From: Clostridiaceae bacterium
Lineage (GTDB): Bacteria; Bacillota; Clostridia; Acetivibrionales; DUMB01
Direction: 5' to 3'
Assembly: GCA_012840085.1 (NCBI GenBank)
Contig: DUMB01000066.1
Coordinates: 19,209 to 83,208, forward strand
Length of the DNA stretch: 64,000 nucleotides
Shown one piece after another: positions 1-10,685 of the stretch. Under the pieces are notes generated by a model. That model was not told the DNA's origin. It worked only from the letters and a program-made list of their open reading frames with translations, and did not search any database. Within the stretch, counting starts at the first letter, position 1. Each line of letters begins with the position of its first letter. A program made the translations under genes and the position numbers.

Positions 1-695
1 TTGCGAAAATCAGCAGTACCCAGCATGAGTATGTCATTTTTATTGTATTTGTATTTCTTAAAAGCTTTTTTCATGCAGTAATATGCATTATCAAGAGATT
101 CAGAAGCTACCCATTTGGCCTTATATTTAAAATCTGCAGGATGAAATCTTCCCGGATATACAAAATTAAACAGCTTATAAATAGACCAGTTAAAACGTGA
201 AAGTATATTGTATATACCATGCTTTAACAGTCTTTTTTTCCAGTCAAGCAAAGGAATATCCTCAACTCTTCTTATACCTTCTTTGAATATCATATCCTGT
301 ACGGCTTCAATTACAGCCTTGTCATCTTGCCATATGCCGTGTTTGCTCCACATCCATTCCTTAAGTTCTCGTTTATTGAACTTTTCGGGATATGCGTTTT
401 TTATAACGGAAAGAATATCGTGCTTAAATACAGCCTGTATCATACCAAACAGCTTATAGCGTACCAGTATGGATTTTATTTGCTTCAGGTTGTATTTAGG
501 CAAATCGTATGGCTCAATACGGGCTATGTTTTCCAGGCAGTAGCGGGTTAATATCCTGCAAACAGGTTTTATCCCGTCTATATTACTTTCCTCTGACCAG
601 AACCCCTTAGGGAACTTTTTGTTTTCTTCAAGAACTTCCTTGTATTGGACTAATGACTGTAATTCTAAGGTGTTTAATTTAAATAGGTCTACCAT
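1..695 (-). CDS. Hypothetical protein, 5' (N-terminal) part only; the gene continues past the window start
   Basis: Manual reverse-strand translation from the ATG at 695 (a GGAGA-type RBS lies upstream on the minus strand) reads through to position 1 with no stop (MVDLFKLNTLELQSLVQYKEVLEENKKF...). It is absent from the ORF track because no stop falls inside the window. The plus-strand ORFs 208..459 and 327..551 overlap it and look spurious. Confidence 0.45.
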   Translation of the reverse strand, partial: MVDLFKLNTLELQSLVQYKEVLEENKKFPKGFWSEESNIDGIKPVCRILTRYCLENIARIEPYDLPKYNLKQIKSILVRYKLFGMIQAVFKHDILSVIKNAYPEKFNKRELKEWMWSKHGIWQDDKAVIEAVQDMIFKEGIRRVEDIPLLDWKKRLLKHGIYNILSRFNWSIYKLFNFVYPGRFHPADFKYKAKWVASESLDNAYYCMKKAFKKYKYNKNDILMLGTADFR

Positions 696-1075
696 ATGCC
701 ATGTCTCCAAAAATGATTATGATATTTTAAATAAATTTTAATATATTTATCCTTGTAATTCATCATAAATTAAATATAAATTTATAATCACTTTTTTAGC
801 ATAATTCAACAAAATAGGATAAGCATTTCACCTTGCCATATCTGTTTTTGCGAAGCAGATTCAGTAATAACGTTCCCAATCCTTTAAATCAAGTATTGTA
901 TATATTATAATATATAATAATTTATAATTATGATAATGTTTATAATTAATATTAAATTATGTACAAACTATAACTAAAATATCAGGAAATGTGTTATGCT
1001 TTTTGAGTAAGGAAAACTCTGTATAATATTTTTCAAAGAGGACAAGTTAACCTAAAATATAATTGAGGTGATAGG

Positions 1076-2179
1076 ATGCAGTTTAAATTTCGGTTGGGAA
1101 CCAAAGCATACTTCGGTGCAGATTGTTTAAAAAACAACAAGGAGGAAATTGCTGCTGCAGGAGCCCGTTGTATGATAGTTACAGGCAGATCCTCGGGAAA
1201 AGCAAGCGGAGCTCTTGATGACGTCGTAAGTGTACTTGATGAGCTTTCTATAGATTACTATATATTCGACAGGGTTGAAAACAATCCGTCTCTCGATAAC
1301 GTCAAAGAGGGGGGCAGGGCTGCCCGTGAATTTAGTGCCGACTTTATTATAGGAATAGGGGGCGGTTCGCCACTGGATGCCTCCAAGGCCATTGCTGTTC
1401 TGGCAGTAAATGATATGAATCCTGTAGAACTTTTCAAAAACAGTTTTCCGGTTGAGCCACTTCCCATTTTGGCGATACCGACTACAGCCGGTACCGGCAG
1501 CGAGGTGACTCCTTATTCCATACTTACCCGGCCGGATGTTGAAACTAAAATGAGTTTTGGAAATGATCAGACATTTCCGAAAATTGCATTTCTTGACGCA
1601 AAATATACCACAAGCATGAACCGCGATATTACGGTAAATACAGCCGTTGATGCCCTTTCACATGCTGTAGAGGGATATCTGACGAAAAGAAGCACTCCTT
1701 TGAGTGACACTATGGCATTGGAAGCCATTTCGGTATTCGGCAGCTGCATAAGGAATTTAGTAGATAACGATTTCTATATGGATATGAGAGAAAAGCTTTT
1801 ATATGCATCCATGCTGGCTGGAATGGTAATATCACAGACAGGTACAAGTATAGTACATGGGATGGGATACCCTCTTACGTACTTCAAAGATGTACCCCAT
1901 GGAAAGGCTAACGGCCTGCTTATGACAGAATATCTCAGGTTCAATTACGACAATCAGACTGAAAAGATAAACAATATATTAAATGCGCTTAAAATAAGAG
2001 ATATGGACGAGTTCGAAAAAATTATGGATAAACTGATTGTAAATGACCTGATATTGAGCGAAGATGAGTATGTAAAGTTCTCCAGGCAGTCTGAAAAGCA
2101 TAAGAGTGTAAATTACAATATAAAACCTGTCACATATGACGATATTTTAAATATTTATAAAAAGTCTCTGAGCAAATAA
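1076..2179 (+). CDS. Iron-containing (group III) alcohol dehydrogenase
   Basis: 367 aa with a GGGSPLD metal/NAD motif and an Fe-ADH fold signature. An RBS-like GAGGTGATAGG precedes the ATG. Confidence 0.85.
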   Translation: MQFKFRLGTKAYFGADCLKNNKEEIAAAGARCMIVTGRSSGKASGALDDVVSVLDELSIDYYIFDRVENNPSLDNVKEGGRAAREFSADFIIGIGGGSPLDASKAIAVLAVNDMNPVELFKNSFPVEPLPILAIPTTAGTGSEVTPYSILTRPDVETKMSFGNDQTFPKIAFLDAKYTTSMNRDITVNTAVDALSHAVEGYLTKRSTPLSDTMALEAISVFGSCIRNLVDNDFYMDMREKLLYASMLAGMVISQTGTSIVHGMGYPLTYFKDVPHGKANGLLMTEYLRFNYDNQTEKINNILNALKIRDMDEFEKIMDKLIVNDLILSEDEYVKFSRQSEKHKSVNYNIKPVTYDDILNIYKKSLSK

Positions 2180-2280
2180 TTGTTGTGCAAATAATCGTTG
2201 AGCAGGTAATTAAGCAGCATTTAAGCTGCGTATTTATGCTGACTGCCATGCCGCAGCTTCCGGAAATAAGCCTGTAAGAT

Positions 2281-2365
2281 TGCAGCAGAAGAATAAAAGG
2301 CAGCAACGGAAGAATGCAACACTGCAACAGAAGAATACAATACTGCAACAAAAGAATAAATGAAA
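2281..2365. repeat. Degenerate tandem repeat, about 20-nt unit x4 (CTGCAACAGAAGAATA core), between adh and folP
   Basis: Direct reading: tgcagcagaagaataaaagg / cagcaacggaagaatgcaac / actgcaacagaagaatacaat / actgcaacaaaagaataaatg. Confidence 0.7.
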
Positions 2366-2432
2366 GTACGGCGGGGGCAATTAATGCGCTGATATTGAAA
2401 AAGTAGAAAAATTGGCTGAGAGGAAGTGAGGT

Positions 2433-3281
2433 ATGACTGAGACCATGACTTCATATACGAAACCAAGTTATTTTGAATGCGGGAAATACAGGCTGCCGAT
2501 TGGTAAAAAGACATATATCATGGGTATATTAAATGTAACACCTGATTCTTTTTCCGACGGCGGCAGCTATAAAAGTGTTGACGATGCGGTAAACAGGGCA
2601 AAGGAAATGATAAGTCAGGGAGCCCATATTATTGATGTCGGAGGAGAGTCAACAAGGCCGGGTTATACACCTGTTGATGTTTCAGAGGAAATAAACAGGG
2701 TGGTTCCTGTTATTGAACGCCTGGTGAAAGAGACGGATGTTCCAATATCCATAGATACCTACAAGGCGGCTGTAGCAGAGAAAGCTCTGCAAGCAGGGGC
2801 TCATATTGTTAATGATATCTGGGGACTTCAAAAGGACCCTCTGATGGCAGAAACAGCCGCAAAATATGGTGCTGCTGTTATAGTAATGCATAACCAGGAT
2901 GAAAAAGTCTACAACAACCTGATGGATGATATTATTAATTTCCTGAGAAGAAGTATTGAAATTGCCGAAAAGGCGGGTATAAAAAGCAACAGCATCATGA
3001 TAGATCCGGGAATAGGCTTTGGCAAAACTTTTGAGCAAAATCTCGAAACCATGAGAAGGCTGAGTGAGCTTAAATCATTGTGCAAGCCTGTTCTTTTAGG
3101 TACATCCAGAAAATCTATGATAGGGAATGTATTGGAATTACCTGTGAACAAACGTATCGAAGGAACCGCTGCTACCGTAGCCATAGGAATTGCAAGCGGA
3201 GTTGATGTTGTTCGTGTGCATGATGTAAAAGAGATGGCACTGGTTGCAAAAATGAGCGATGCTATAATACGGGGATTGTAA
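2433..3281 (+). CDS. folP: Dihydropteroate synthase
   Basis: Pterin-binding domain; N-terminal IMGILNVTPDSFSDGG motif; 282 aa. Confidence 0.9.
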   Translation: MTETMTSYTKPSYFECGKYRLPIGKKTYIMGILNVTPDSFSDGGSYKSVDDAVNRAKEMISQGAHIIDVGGESTRPGYTPVDVSEEINRVVPVIERLVKETDVPISIDTYKAAVAEKALQAGAHIVNDIWGLQKDPLMAETAAKYGAAVIVMHNQDEKVYNNLMDDIINFLRRSIEIAEKAGIKSNSIMIDPGIGFGKTFEQNLETMRRLSELKSLCKPVLLGTSRKSMIGNVLELPVNKRIEGTAATVAIGIASGVDVVRVHDVKEMALVAKMSDAIIRGL

Positions 3282-3301
3282 TTTGCGGGCTTTACCCTTT
3301 C

Positions 3302-3691
3302 TTGGAGGCGGAGGAACTTATAGTGGACAAAATAATAATGAGAAATATGAAGTTTTTCGGTTATCATGGAGTGCTTCCTGAGGAAAAGGAAAAAGGTCAG
3401 AATTTTATCATTGATATTGAAATACTGGCAGACCTTGAAAACGCTTCAGAAAGTGATGAACTTTGTGATTCTGTAGACTATTCCAAAGCATATGATTTAA
3501 TAAAAAATATTGTAGAAAAAAATAAATTTCGACTTATTGAGAAATTAGCCGGCAGCATTTCCCGGGAAATGCTGTCGAAATTTCCAAAAATACAAGAAAT
3601 CACCGTAGTGGTAAAAAAACCTGAAGCTCCTATTGACGGGGAATTTGACTGGATGGGAGTGGAATTGAAGCGAGGAAGAAATGAAAAGTAA
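3302..3691 (+). CDS. folB: Dihydroneopterin aldolase
   Basis: FGYHGVLPEEKEKGQNF core typical of FolB. The true start may be the internal Met (MKFFGYHG). Confidence 0.8.
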   Translation: MEAEELIVDKIIMRNMKFFGYHGVLPEEKEKGQNFIIDIEILADLENASESDELCDSVDYSKAYDLIKNIVEKNKFRLIEKLAGSISREMLSKFPKIQEITVVVKKPEAPIDGEFDWMGVELKRGRNEK

Positions 3692-4187
3692 AGTTTTTAT
3701 CGGACTTGGTTCTAACATTGGAAACAGGGAAAAATATATTCATGATGCAATAAAGCATATTTCTCAAATACCTGATACTAAGATTATCAAAATGTCAGAC
3801 ATCTACGAGACTGAACCTGTAGGCAATACCGAGCAGGACAGATTCCTGAACATGGCAGTTTGCATTGCTACAAGACTGGAACCATTGGAACTGCTCGGCA
3901 GGCTGCAGTACATAGAAAATTTGCTTGGAAGGAAAAGGACAATACGCTGGGGCCCAAGAACCATAGATCTTGACATACTGCTTTTTGATGATTTACATCT
4001 TGAATTGCCCCAACTTGTAATTCCTCACCCGAGAATGTTTGAACGGGCATTTGTGCTTATACCCTTGTCGGAAATTCTGGACGGTAAAGATATAATGGGA
4101 ATGAATGTTGACGAATTGATAAACAGATGCAGTGACAAGGATGGAGTAAAATATTATGGAAGTTTACATAATGTGATTGAGCGGTAG
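3681..4187 (+). CDS. folK: 2-amino-4-hydroxy-6-hydroxymethyldihydropteridine pyrophosphokinase
   Basis: VFIGLGSNIGNRE start and HPPK fold motifs. It overlaps folB by 11 nt, so the folP-folB-folK order forms an operon. Confidence 0.85.
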   Translation: MKSKVFIGLGSNIGNREKYIHDAIKHISQIPDTKIIKMSDIYETEPVGNTEQDRFLNMAVCIATRLEPLELLGRLQYIENLLGRKRTIRWGPRTIDLDILLFDDLHLELPQLVIPHPRMFERAFVLIPLSEILDGKDIMGMNVDELINRCSDKDGVKYYGSLHNVIER

Positions 4188-4331
4188 TTTTCAGCAAAAA
4201 GTAATATTTAAAGTAATATTTTATGGAGAAATATTTATTAAGAGAGATTTATAAAAAGAGATTTATCGAAAAGAGGATTTATTATTATGAAGAGAAATGT
4301 TTCCTATGCTGAGATGTGAAGGGGTGATATT

Positions 4332-4961
4332 TTGGTAGAGGTATATTATTACGTTCCTGCGGAGGAGGTCGAAAATGTAGTACAATGCGGTTTGAAGCTT
4401 TCTAAATGGTTTGACAAGGAAGTGCTGATAGATGGTGAAAGCAGGAAATGCCTTACGGCATTATTAAATCCAAAAGATGATATGGAAAAATTCAAGTCTG
4501 ACAAATATAGATGTGTAAAGCTTGAAATATTGCCAAAGTATTGTTTTGTAGCCGACAGCCATCTTTACCTCATGGGGCTTTCAAACCCTGATGCCATGGA
4601 ATTGTATTATGAGTCAGTAATTCCGGTTGAGGATTATGTTTTTGGCTCTTACAGGCTGCCTGAATGTCTTATCACATCTACCGTAATAGGAGAATACATA
4701 AGCGTACTCGAAGACAGGCTGGGATCTCCGCTTTTATTTGACAATTCTGAGGAACTGTATTTAAACAATATTATGGAAGTATATCAGGAAAAAAACACAG
4801 AGTTTATTGACGCCATGCTCTATTGCTTTTACAGCAAGCTTGCGGAAATTGGCAAACTAAAAAAAATGGAAGACAAAGAAAACAGAGTTGCAGTATTTTT
4901 TGATCTGCCGAACAACAAAAGATATACAATAAAAACCCCGGAAATAGGAAATATTTATTAA
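4332..4961 (+). CDS. Hypothetical protein (209 aa), no recognisable domain
   Basis: ORF with a TTG start preceded by GAAGGGG. It sits between the folate operon and birA. Confidence 0.45.
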   Translation: MVEVYYYVPAEEVENVVQCGLKLSKWFDKEVLIDGESRKCLTALLNPKDDMEKFKSDKYRCVKLEILPKYCFVADSHLYLMGLSNPDAMELYYESVIPVEDYVFGSYRLPECLITSTVIGEYISVLEDRLGSPLLFDNSEELYLNNIMEVYQEKNTEFIDAMLYCFYSKLAEIGKLKKMEDKENRVAVFFDLPNNKRYTIKTPEIGNIY

Positions 4962-4983
4962 TAATATTAAGCAGGGTGGCAAT

Positions 4984-5985
4984 ATGAAATACGAAATATT
5001 ACGGATACTTAAGGAAAAAAGCATGGAATATGTTTCTGGAGAGAGACTGAGTGAAATTCTGGGAGTTTCAAGGACGGCTGTTTGGAAGTGCATTAATGAA
5101 TTGAAAAAAGAAGGGTATGTTATTGAATCTGTATCCAAAAAAGGATACAAACTTGAAACATCGCCGGATATATTAAACGAATTTGAGATAGGGCACGGTC
5201 TTAATACCAGTATTATTGGAAGACAAATACATTATTTCAAATCCATTGATTCAACAAACAACTATGCAAAAAAAGCGGCACAGGAAGGTTGTGAAGAAGG
5301 AACTGTGATTGTGGCGGATGCTCAGACTTCCGGAAGAGGCAGGCTGGGCAGAAGCTGGGAGTCAAAGGAAGACAGCGGGATATGGATGTCTGTTGTGCTG
5401 AGACCGTATATTGCTCCGGAGGACGTTCAGATTATGACCCTTGCAGCTTCAGTTGCTGTTGTAGCTGCACTGAAAAGTGTTGCAGGAGTTGATGCAGGAA
5501 TAAAGTGGCCTAATGATATAATAATTGGTGGAAGAAAGGTATGTGGCATATTGACTGAAATGAGCACTGAGATGGATAGGGTAAATTATCTGGTGCTGGG
5601 CATAGGAATTAATATAAACCAGAAAAAGGAAGACTTTCCGGAGGAACTGAGAAATACGGCAATTTCTTTAAAAGCATATATGGCTGAGAATAATATGAGT
5701 GTGGCAAATATAAAAAGAAGTGATATAATAAAAATTGTATTGCTTGAACTCGAAAAACAGTATGAAAATATGAAAAGAAGAAATACAGAAGAAATTATTA
5801 ATAAATGGAGAGAAAATTCCGTTACTATTGGTAGAAAAGTGAAAATAATATATAAGAATGTTGAATATGAAGGAACGGCTAAAGATGTGACAGATGACGG
5901 GAAGTTGATAGTGCATTGCAGCGATGGTGTTACCAGAGAGATTTCATCAGGGGAAGTTTCAGTAAGAGGTATTATGGGGAATTAG
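4984..5985 (+). CDS. birA: Biotin--[acetyl-CoA-carboxylase] ligase / biotin operon repressor
   Basis: N-terminal HTH (GERLSEILGVSRTAVWKCINEL), a BPL catalytic core (GRGRLGRSWES, KWPNDI) and a C-terminal BirA SH3-like domain. Confidence 0.85.
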   Translation: MKYEILRILKEKSMEYVSGERLSEILGVSRTAVWKCINELKKEGYVIESVSKKGYKLETSPDILNEFEIGHGLNTSIIGRQIHYFKSIDSTNNYAKKAAQEGCEEGTVIVADAQTSGRGRLGRSWESKEDSGIWMSVVLRPYIAPEDVQIMTLAASVAVVAALKSVAGVDAGIKWPNDIIIGGRKVCGILTEMSTEMDRVNYLVLGIGININQKKEDFPEELRNTAISLKAYMAENNMSVANIKRSDIIKIVLLELEKQYENMKRRNTEEIINKWRENSVTIGRKVKIIYKNVEYEGTAKDVTDDGKLIVHCSDGVTREISSGEVSVRGIMGN

Positions 5986-6079
5986 TGAAAAGTATTATTA
6001 GGAATTAAGAAGTGTTATGAGGAATAAAATATTAAACCAACGGATGTTGGAGATATAATTAGGAAAAGGGGGCAAGACA

Positions 6080-6457
6080 ATGGTAAGAAAACGGGATTAT
6101 CAGAGAAAAAATTTTAGTGAACGCGGAAATTCAGCAGAAAGCAGTGGAAATACCCCCAATAGCAATGGGAATAATCAGGGATCCACGCAAAAGATGCAGC
6201 GTGAGCAATCTTCTAACAGGAGCCGTGAACAATCATCCGGCAAGAACAGGGAACAGAGTTCTTACAGGGAACGCAGCAATACTTCAGGCAGAAGCGTATT
6301 GCCAAAACAAAATTATCAGCAAAACTATCTGGGCGTTACAAAGAATAACACCAAATTCAGAGCTGAAGAGACCGTAGATGATATAAGAGAGGATATAGCA
6401 AGACTTGAAAAGGAAATACACATGGAAATTAAGGAAATTAGGAGCATAAAACTATGA
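6080..6457 (+). CDS. Low-complexity Ser/Gln/Asn-rich small protein with REQSS repeats and a C-terminal coiled coil
   Basis: 125 aa. AAAGGGGG RBS and ATG. Its stop overlaps the coaX start (ATGA coupling). Confidence 0.4.
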   Translation: MVRKRDYQRKNFSERGNSAESSGNTPNSNGNNQGSTQKMQREQSSNRSREQSSGKNREQSSYRERSNTSGRSVLPKQNYQQNYLGVTKNNTKFRAEETVDDIREDIARLEKEIHMEIKEIRSIKL

Positions 6458-7233
6458 TTTTTGTAATGGATGTAGGAAATACCAATATTGTTATGGGAGT
6501 TTATAAAGGAAGAAAACTTCTATTCAGCTGGAGAATGGGCACAGATAAGGATAAAACCAGTGACGAATATGGCATGTTCATTCTCAGTCTTTTTAACAAC
6601 GAGAAACTCGACATAAAAGATGTGGAAGGTGTAATACTGGCATCTGTAGTTCCTCCCATAATGAATACGATAGAGAATGCTATCAGAAAATATCTGAAAA
6701 TTGAACCAATATCCGTAGGGCCGGGGATAAAAACCGGAATAAACATAAAGTATGAAAATCCCAGGGAGGTTGGAGCAGACAGAATAGTTAACGCAGTTGC
6801 AGCTTATGAGATCTACAGATGTCCTGCTATAATTGTTGATTTTGGCACTGCCACTACGTTTTGCGCCATATCTTCAAAGGGTGAATATCTTGGTGGAGTA
6901 ATATGTCCCGGAATAAGGATATCTGCTGAAGCGCTTTTTCAGAGAACAGCCAAATTGCCCAGAATTGACCTTGTAAAACCCGGCAGCGTTATAGGACGCA
7001 ATACCGTTGTAAGTATGCAGTCGGGCTTGATATATGGCTATGTAGGGCAGGTGGATTACATAGTAAACAGAATGAAGAAAGAAATGAATGAAAGCAATAT
7101 AAGAGTAATAGCAACGGGTGGCTTAGCAAGGCTAATTGCAGAGGAATCTGAAACTATAGATGAAGTAAGCGAATTTCTGACGCTTGAAGGACTCAGGATT
7201 ATATATGAGAAAAATATCAGCGGCAAGGACTGA
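6454..7233 (+). CDS. coaX: Type III pantothenate kinase
   Basis: [18 protein letters not shown]-terminus and an ASKHA fold; 259 aa. Confidence 0.9.
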   Translation: MIFVMDVGNTNIVMGVYKGRKLLFSWRMGTDKDKTSDEYGMFILSLFNNEKLDIKDVEGVILASVVPPIMNTIENAIRKYLKIEPISVGPGIKTGINIKYENPREVGADRIVNAVAAYEIYRCPAIIVDFGTATTFCAISSKGEYLGGVICPGIRISAEALFQRTAKLPRIDLVKPGSVIGRNTVVSMQSGLIYGYVGQVDYIVNRMKKEMNESNIRVIATGGLARLIAEESETIDEVSEFLTLEGLRIIYEKNISGKD

Positions 7234-7275
7234 TATATTGATATACACTGAATATACTGAATACTGATATTGTAG

Positions 7276-7977
7276 CTAGAATATTTCGAGGAAACTGGTT
7301 ATGTCTGAGAAGTTTTCAAAGACATAATCAGCACCGTGTTCCGACAGTTGTTTTTTATTGTAATTTCCCGTTGCCACACCTATTGACTTTATGCCGAGCT
7401 TATTGCCGCATTCAACGTCTTTTGGAGTATCTCCGATAACAAAGATTTTATCTCTTTGGAAAGTCATTTTAAAATATTCTTCCGAGTTTGCAATAGCTTC
7501 TTCTATAAGCTGATATCTCTCAATTTGACGGTTTCCAAAGCTCCCGGTGGGGAAATACCTGTTCATGTTATCCACCGACAGTTTTAGTCTTGCCCCTGCT
7601 TCAATGTTGCCGGTGCCGAGCACGTTATAAAAATTATCCTTCCGATGCAATGTTTCCAGCAATTCAAGAACACCGGGACATGCTATGGAACCCTGTATCA
7701 TGCTTATTTCTGCTGAAAGCGCCTCGATATACAATTCATAAAACCTTTCTATATCGGTGTTTTCCCTGCCATCGGGTAAAGCAACAGGTATGTTGTGAAT
7801 CTCGAATGCTTTTCTGACAATTATCGCATCAAGCATGCCAGCCATGTTAATTGGCCCGAATCCGTCCTCAATGCCGAAGAGTTTGTAGAAGGCTGTGTTC
7901 ATTGCTCTTTTTCCGACACCCTTTGTGCGAATCAATGTTCCGTCTATATCCCATATTAACAGATAGTTCATTGCCAT
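7276..7977 (-). CDS. HAD-superfamily hydrolase (phosphoglycolate phosphatase-like)
   Basis: LIWDIDGTLI motif I and a GDTPKD motif; 233 aa. Confidence 0.75.
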   Translation of the reverse strand: MAMNYLLIWDIDGTLIRTKGVGKRAMNTAFYKLFGIEDGFGPINMAGMLDAIIVRKAFEIHNIPVALPDGRENTDIERFYELYIEALSAEISMIQGSIACPGVLELLETLHRKDNFYNVLGTGNIEAGARLKLSVDNMNRYFPTGSFGNRQIERYQLIEEAIANSEEYFKMTFQRDKIFVIGDTPKDVECGNKLGIKSIGVATGNYNKKQLSEHGADYVFENFSDITSFLEIF

Positions 7978-8209
7978 ACTCCTTATATGCTATATGATAC
8001 TTTTTATAAGCTGCATGATGCTCCTTATACGCTCATGTCTGTTTCAAGGACAAAAAAACATATACCTATAATTATGCTTCAGATAATAACTATACTTCAG
8101 ACAATATGCCTGTGTCGTTACAAATATAAGATGTATTTACATCTATTTTATGTTAAAATTTATATAAGAGCAAGATGTTGGCAGATTGAAGAGCGGAAAG
8201 GCGGGGTGA

Positions 8210-9640
8210 ATGGAGATGGAAAACTGGAATGTTCCTTTATATAGAGCCGTAAGACAATACTCCAGTTCAAACCCCATACCTTTTCATATGCCGGGTCATA
8301 AGCTTGGCAGAGGAATACCGGGCGAGTTTTTGGAAAACTTGGAGATGCTTGATGTGACTGAAATTAACGGTACGGACAATCTGCATCATCCCGAAGGAGC
8401 TATTAAAGAAGCACAGCTACTTGCGGCAGAAGCTTTTGGCGCCGATAAGACGTATTTTTTGGTAAATGGTTCCAGTTGTGGTATTATGGCCTCAATACTT
8501 ACTTTGTGCAAACCGGGTGACAAAATTATTGTAGGACGCGATTGCCATAAGTCGGTGATAAATGGAATCATTCTCGCAGGTGCACACCCGGTGTATGTAA
8601 AACCTGAATTTGATAATAATTTCGGGATATCAACAGTAACAGCCCCTTCGGCAATAGAGGAAGCTCTCGGCAGACATCCGGATGCCATGGGAGTCCTTAT
8701 TACCAGACCAAATTATTATGGCATTTGTTCGGATATTGAAGAAGTTGCCGGAATTGTTCATCATAAAGGCAAGGTGCTTGTTGTAGATGAAGCCCATGGA
8801 GCGCATTTGAATTTTTCTGATAAACTTCCGGAAAGTTCAATAAAGCTTGGAGCAGATGTATGCATACAGAGTGCGCACAAAACTCTTCCGGCTTTTACCC
8901 AGGGTGCGTATCTGCACGTCAGGTCATCGGATGTTGATTTGGAAAAACTGGAGTTCAATCTTCGTATTTTACAGACCACCAGTCCGTCATATATAATTAT
9001 GGTAATGCTTGACATGGCAAGAGAGATTATGGCAAAGTCCGGAGAGAGGCTTATAGACAACCTTCTTCATGAAATCAGGGCTTTCAGGGAGCAGGTTGGC
9101 AGACTTGAAAATATTGAAATGTTATCAAAGGACAATATTACCGGCGGAGAATATGATGAGACACGGATTGTTTTGAATTTTAAAAAAGCAGGAATAACTG
9201 GTTTTGATGTGGATAGGATTTTAAGGAATGAATATAATGTACAGATTGAAATGGCAGACTTTTACAATGCGTTATGCATAGCTACCGTAGCTGACAGAAA
9301 AGAGGACTTTGAGAGGCTTTACTGTGCTGTTTCTGAAATAGCAGCCAGGTTTGCAGGAAATCCTCCCTTACCTGACAATATTATTAAAGAATTTGAGACA
9401 GCCCCGTTGGTTATGAACCCAAAAGAAGCAGTCCTGAATAAGGGTGAAGCAGTACCGCTTGACAGGGCTGTCGGGAGAATCTGCAGATCAATTGTTACAC
9501 CATATCCTCCGGGAATACCGGTTGTCTGCCCTGGTGAAATAGTTACAGAAAATGTCGTTGAACGCATATATATTATATTGAAGGCAGGGGGAAAGGTTAA
9601 TGGCCTTGAGTCAAATGAAGAAATTTGTGTTGTTTCCTGA
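8210..9640 (+). CDS. Orn/Lys/Arg decarboxylase family protein (PLP-dependent, YaaO-like)
   Basis: 476 aa with a PLP-fold lysine-decarboxylase-like sequence (SAHKTLPAFTQ). It sits upstream of tmk as yaaO does in B. subtilis. Confidence 0.8.
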   Translation: MEMENWNVPLYRAVRQYSSSNPIPFHMPGHKLGRGIPGEFLENLEMLDVTEINGTDNLHHPEGAIKEAQLLAAEAFGADKTYFLVNGSSCGIMASILTLCKPGDKIIVGRDCHKSVINGIILAGAHPVYVKPEFDNNFGISTVTAPSAIEEALGRHPDAMGVLITRPNYYGICSDIEEVAGIVHHKGKVLVVDEAHGAHLNFSDKLPESSIKLGADVCIQSAHKTLPAFTQGAYLHVRSSDVDLEKLEFNLRILQTTSPSYIIMVMLDMAREIMAKSGERLIDNLLHEIRAFREQVGRLENIEMLSKDNITGGEYDETRIVLNFKKAGITGFDVDRILRNEYNVQIEMADFYNALCIATVADRKEDFERLYCAVSEIAARFAGNPPLPDNIIKEFETAPLVMNPKEAVLNKGEAVPLDRAVGRICRSIVTPYPPGIPVVCPGEIVTENVVERIYIILKAGGKVNGLESNEEICVVS

Positions 9641-9667
9641 AGTTGAAGGGAATATTGGAGGTTTAGG

Positions 9668-10288
9668 ATGAAAAAAGGGCTGTTTATAACAATTGAAGGC
9701 ATGGATGGTTCCGGAAAGACGACACAGATAAACATGATCAGGGATTATATATCTGAAAAGGGCTATAACGTGATGCTTGCCAGAGAACCAGGCGGCACAA
9801 AGATAAGTGAGAAGATCAGGGATATAATACTTGACCCTGCCAATGGGGCAATGGCAGCAATAACTGAGGTGCTCCTTTATGCATCTGCAAGAGCGCAGCT
9901 GGTTGCAGAGGTTATTAAACCTGCTGTTGAGAGCGGCAGTGTTGTGGTATGTGACAGGTTTATCGATTCAAGCTTTGCATACCAGGGATTTGGCCGCGGA
10001 ATTGATATTAAGACCATTGCGGATGTGAACAGGGCGGCAATAGACGGTATGATGCCGGATTTAACTTTTTTTATTGATATGAGTCCTGAGATTGCATTAA
10101 AGAGGAGAATGGCCTCATCAGAGGCAGACAGGATAGAGAAAGAACATATGGAATTTCATATGAAAGCATATAATGGATATAAAGAACTTGCACGGCTATA
10201 TCCTGAAAGGATAAAAACAATAGACGGAAACAGGACTGTTGAAGAAATTTCACAGGAAATACGAAAATGGCTCGATACAGTGGTGTGA
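9668..10288 (+). CDS. tmk: Thymidylate kinase
   Basis: P-loop GMDGSGKTTQ and a DRF motif; 206 aa. Confidence 0.9.
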   Translation: MKKGLFITIEGMDGSGKTTQINMIRDYISEKGYNVMLAREPGGTKISEKIRDIILDPANGAMAAITEVLLYASARAQLVAEVIKPAVESGSVVVCDRFIDSSFAYQGFGRGIDIKTIADVNRAAIDGMMPDLTFFIDMSPEIALKRRMASSEADRIEKEHMEFHMKAYNGYKELARLYPERIKTIDGNRTVEEISQEIRKWLDTVV

Positions 10289-10345
10289 CTTTGATAGCAT
10301 TGCTTAAAATAAATGGCTTAAAATTTTTTAAAGGGAGGTTGGAAG

Positions 10346-10675
10346 ATGAAGCTGGTTTTTGCAATCGTACATGACGATGACGGTCCAAAGGTGATGGAAG
10401 AACTAAATAAAGAGGGTTTTAGTGTTACAAAGCTTTGTTCAACCGGGGGGTTTCTAAAGGCAGGCAATACCACTTTGCTTGTAGGTGTAGATGAGGAAAA
10501 GCTTGACAGTGTTATTGACATAATCAAGAAAGGTTGCAAAAGCAGAAAACAAATCATTAATTCTTCAGTAACACCTGGCAATATCGGAGGTATGTTCATT
10601 CCATATCCTGTCGAAGTAGTAATGGGCGGAGCAACGATATTCGTACTTAATGTTGACAGGTTCGAAAAGGTATAA
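10346..10675 (+). CDS. darA: Cyclic-di-AMP receptor, PII-like (DarA/YaaQ)
   Basis: MKLVFAIVHDDD...VTKL.STGGFLKAGNTT strongly resembles B. subtilis DarA. Confidence 0.8.
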   Translation: MKLVFAIVHDDDGPKVMEELNKEGFSVTKLCSTGGFLKAGNTTLLVGVDEEKLDSVIDIIKKGCKSRKQIINSSVTPGNIGGMFIPYPVEVVMGGATIFVLNVDRFEKV

Positions 10676-10685
10676 GGTGAGCACT

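Noticed and set aside
208-551. Plus-strand ORFs 208..459 and 327..551
   Set aside because: They are antisense to a long uninterrupted minus-strand coding frame (partial gene 1..695), with no RBS and low-complexity translations.
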